Shown here one piece after another: positions 63,796-64,000 of a stretch of 64,000 bases of DNA (positions are counted from its first letter, which is position 1; every line of letters begins with the position of its first letter). The notes below the pieces were generated by a model, which was not told the origin of the DNA, did no database searches, and worked only from the letters and a program-made list of their open reading frames with translations. Origin of the DNA: Myxococcota bacterium (lineage in GTDB: Bacteria > Myxococcota_A > UBA9160 > UBA4427). The stretch covers positions 73,285 to 137,284 of the forward strand of contig JBDNFB010000227.1 of assembly GCA_041690055.1 (NCBI GenBank), in the 5' to 3' direction. The translations under genes were made by a program, and so were the position numbers.

Positions 63796-64000
63796 GCCGG
63801 ATCAGGGCAACGCCATGCTGAAGTCCCGGAAGGGTACGAAGGTCGCGCGGGTGAGCGCGTTAGCGATCCAAATCGCTGACGATGCACACCCATGCGCCCG
63901 TTCCTCCTTCCGGGACGGTTGGCAGGGGAGCGACTTCAGCACTCGAAATCCGGGCAATCGTCGCGGCAATCAAAGTCGCAGCCGACGCGCGCTCCGTTTC

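Noticed and set aside
63796-64000. A fifth gene of the DUF11 cluster or a convergent gene at the window edge.
   Set aside because: Three readings are about equally plausible by third-position GC: plus ATG 63815, plus ATG 63882 (MHTHAPVPPSGT...), and a minus-strand C-terminus ending ...WVCIVSDLDR* at 63860. None has a recognisable motif, and there is too little sequence to call.

Overview
High-GC, densely coding bacterial chromosome segment. I found no rRNA, tRNA, CRISPR array, transposase or integrase by eye. Most of it is housekeeping. On the plus strand sits the rpmH-rnpA-yidD-yidC-jag-rsmG-parA-parB block. It diverges from dnaN-gyrB-gyrA-hemL on the minus strand, and neither dnaA nor recF is in its usual place. 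ATP synthase is split into a minus-strand F0 operon (two AtpI/AtpZ-like genes, atpB, atpE; 26.7-28.9 kb) and a plus-strand operon (b', b, delta, alpha, gamma, beta, epsilon; 45.9-52.3 kb). Other calls include mfd, uvrA, tmk, hemL, a SurA-like PPIase and a monocistronic rplC away from any ribosomal-protein operon. There are two envelope or sugar clusters (AlkP-family/GT2/GT1, and TetR plus cytidylyltransferase/SDR/AKR), a vapBC toxin-antitoxin pair, two c-type cytochromes and two decayed genes. Three parS-like palindromes lie around rsmG/parA, and a bactofilin gene is start/stop-overlapped with parB. That layout resembles Myxococcota, but this is a weak taxonomic inference. The least-explained part is the last 6 kb (57.8-63.8 kb). 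It holds four co-oriented genes for signal-peptide-bearing DUF11/TIGR01451-type beta-sandwich proteins, with no assembly machinery visible before the window ends. I treat it as a candidate uncharacterised surface-fibre or adhesin locus, not a demonstrated system. Several short tandem repeats with codon-multiple periods (9 and 15 bp) sit in intergenic leaders. Everything rests on reading the sequence and the ORF track, with no searches run. Two genes missing from the ORF track were recovered by hand: rpmH (49 aa) and an edge-truncated SDR gene at 1-859.
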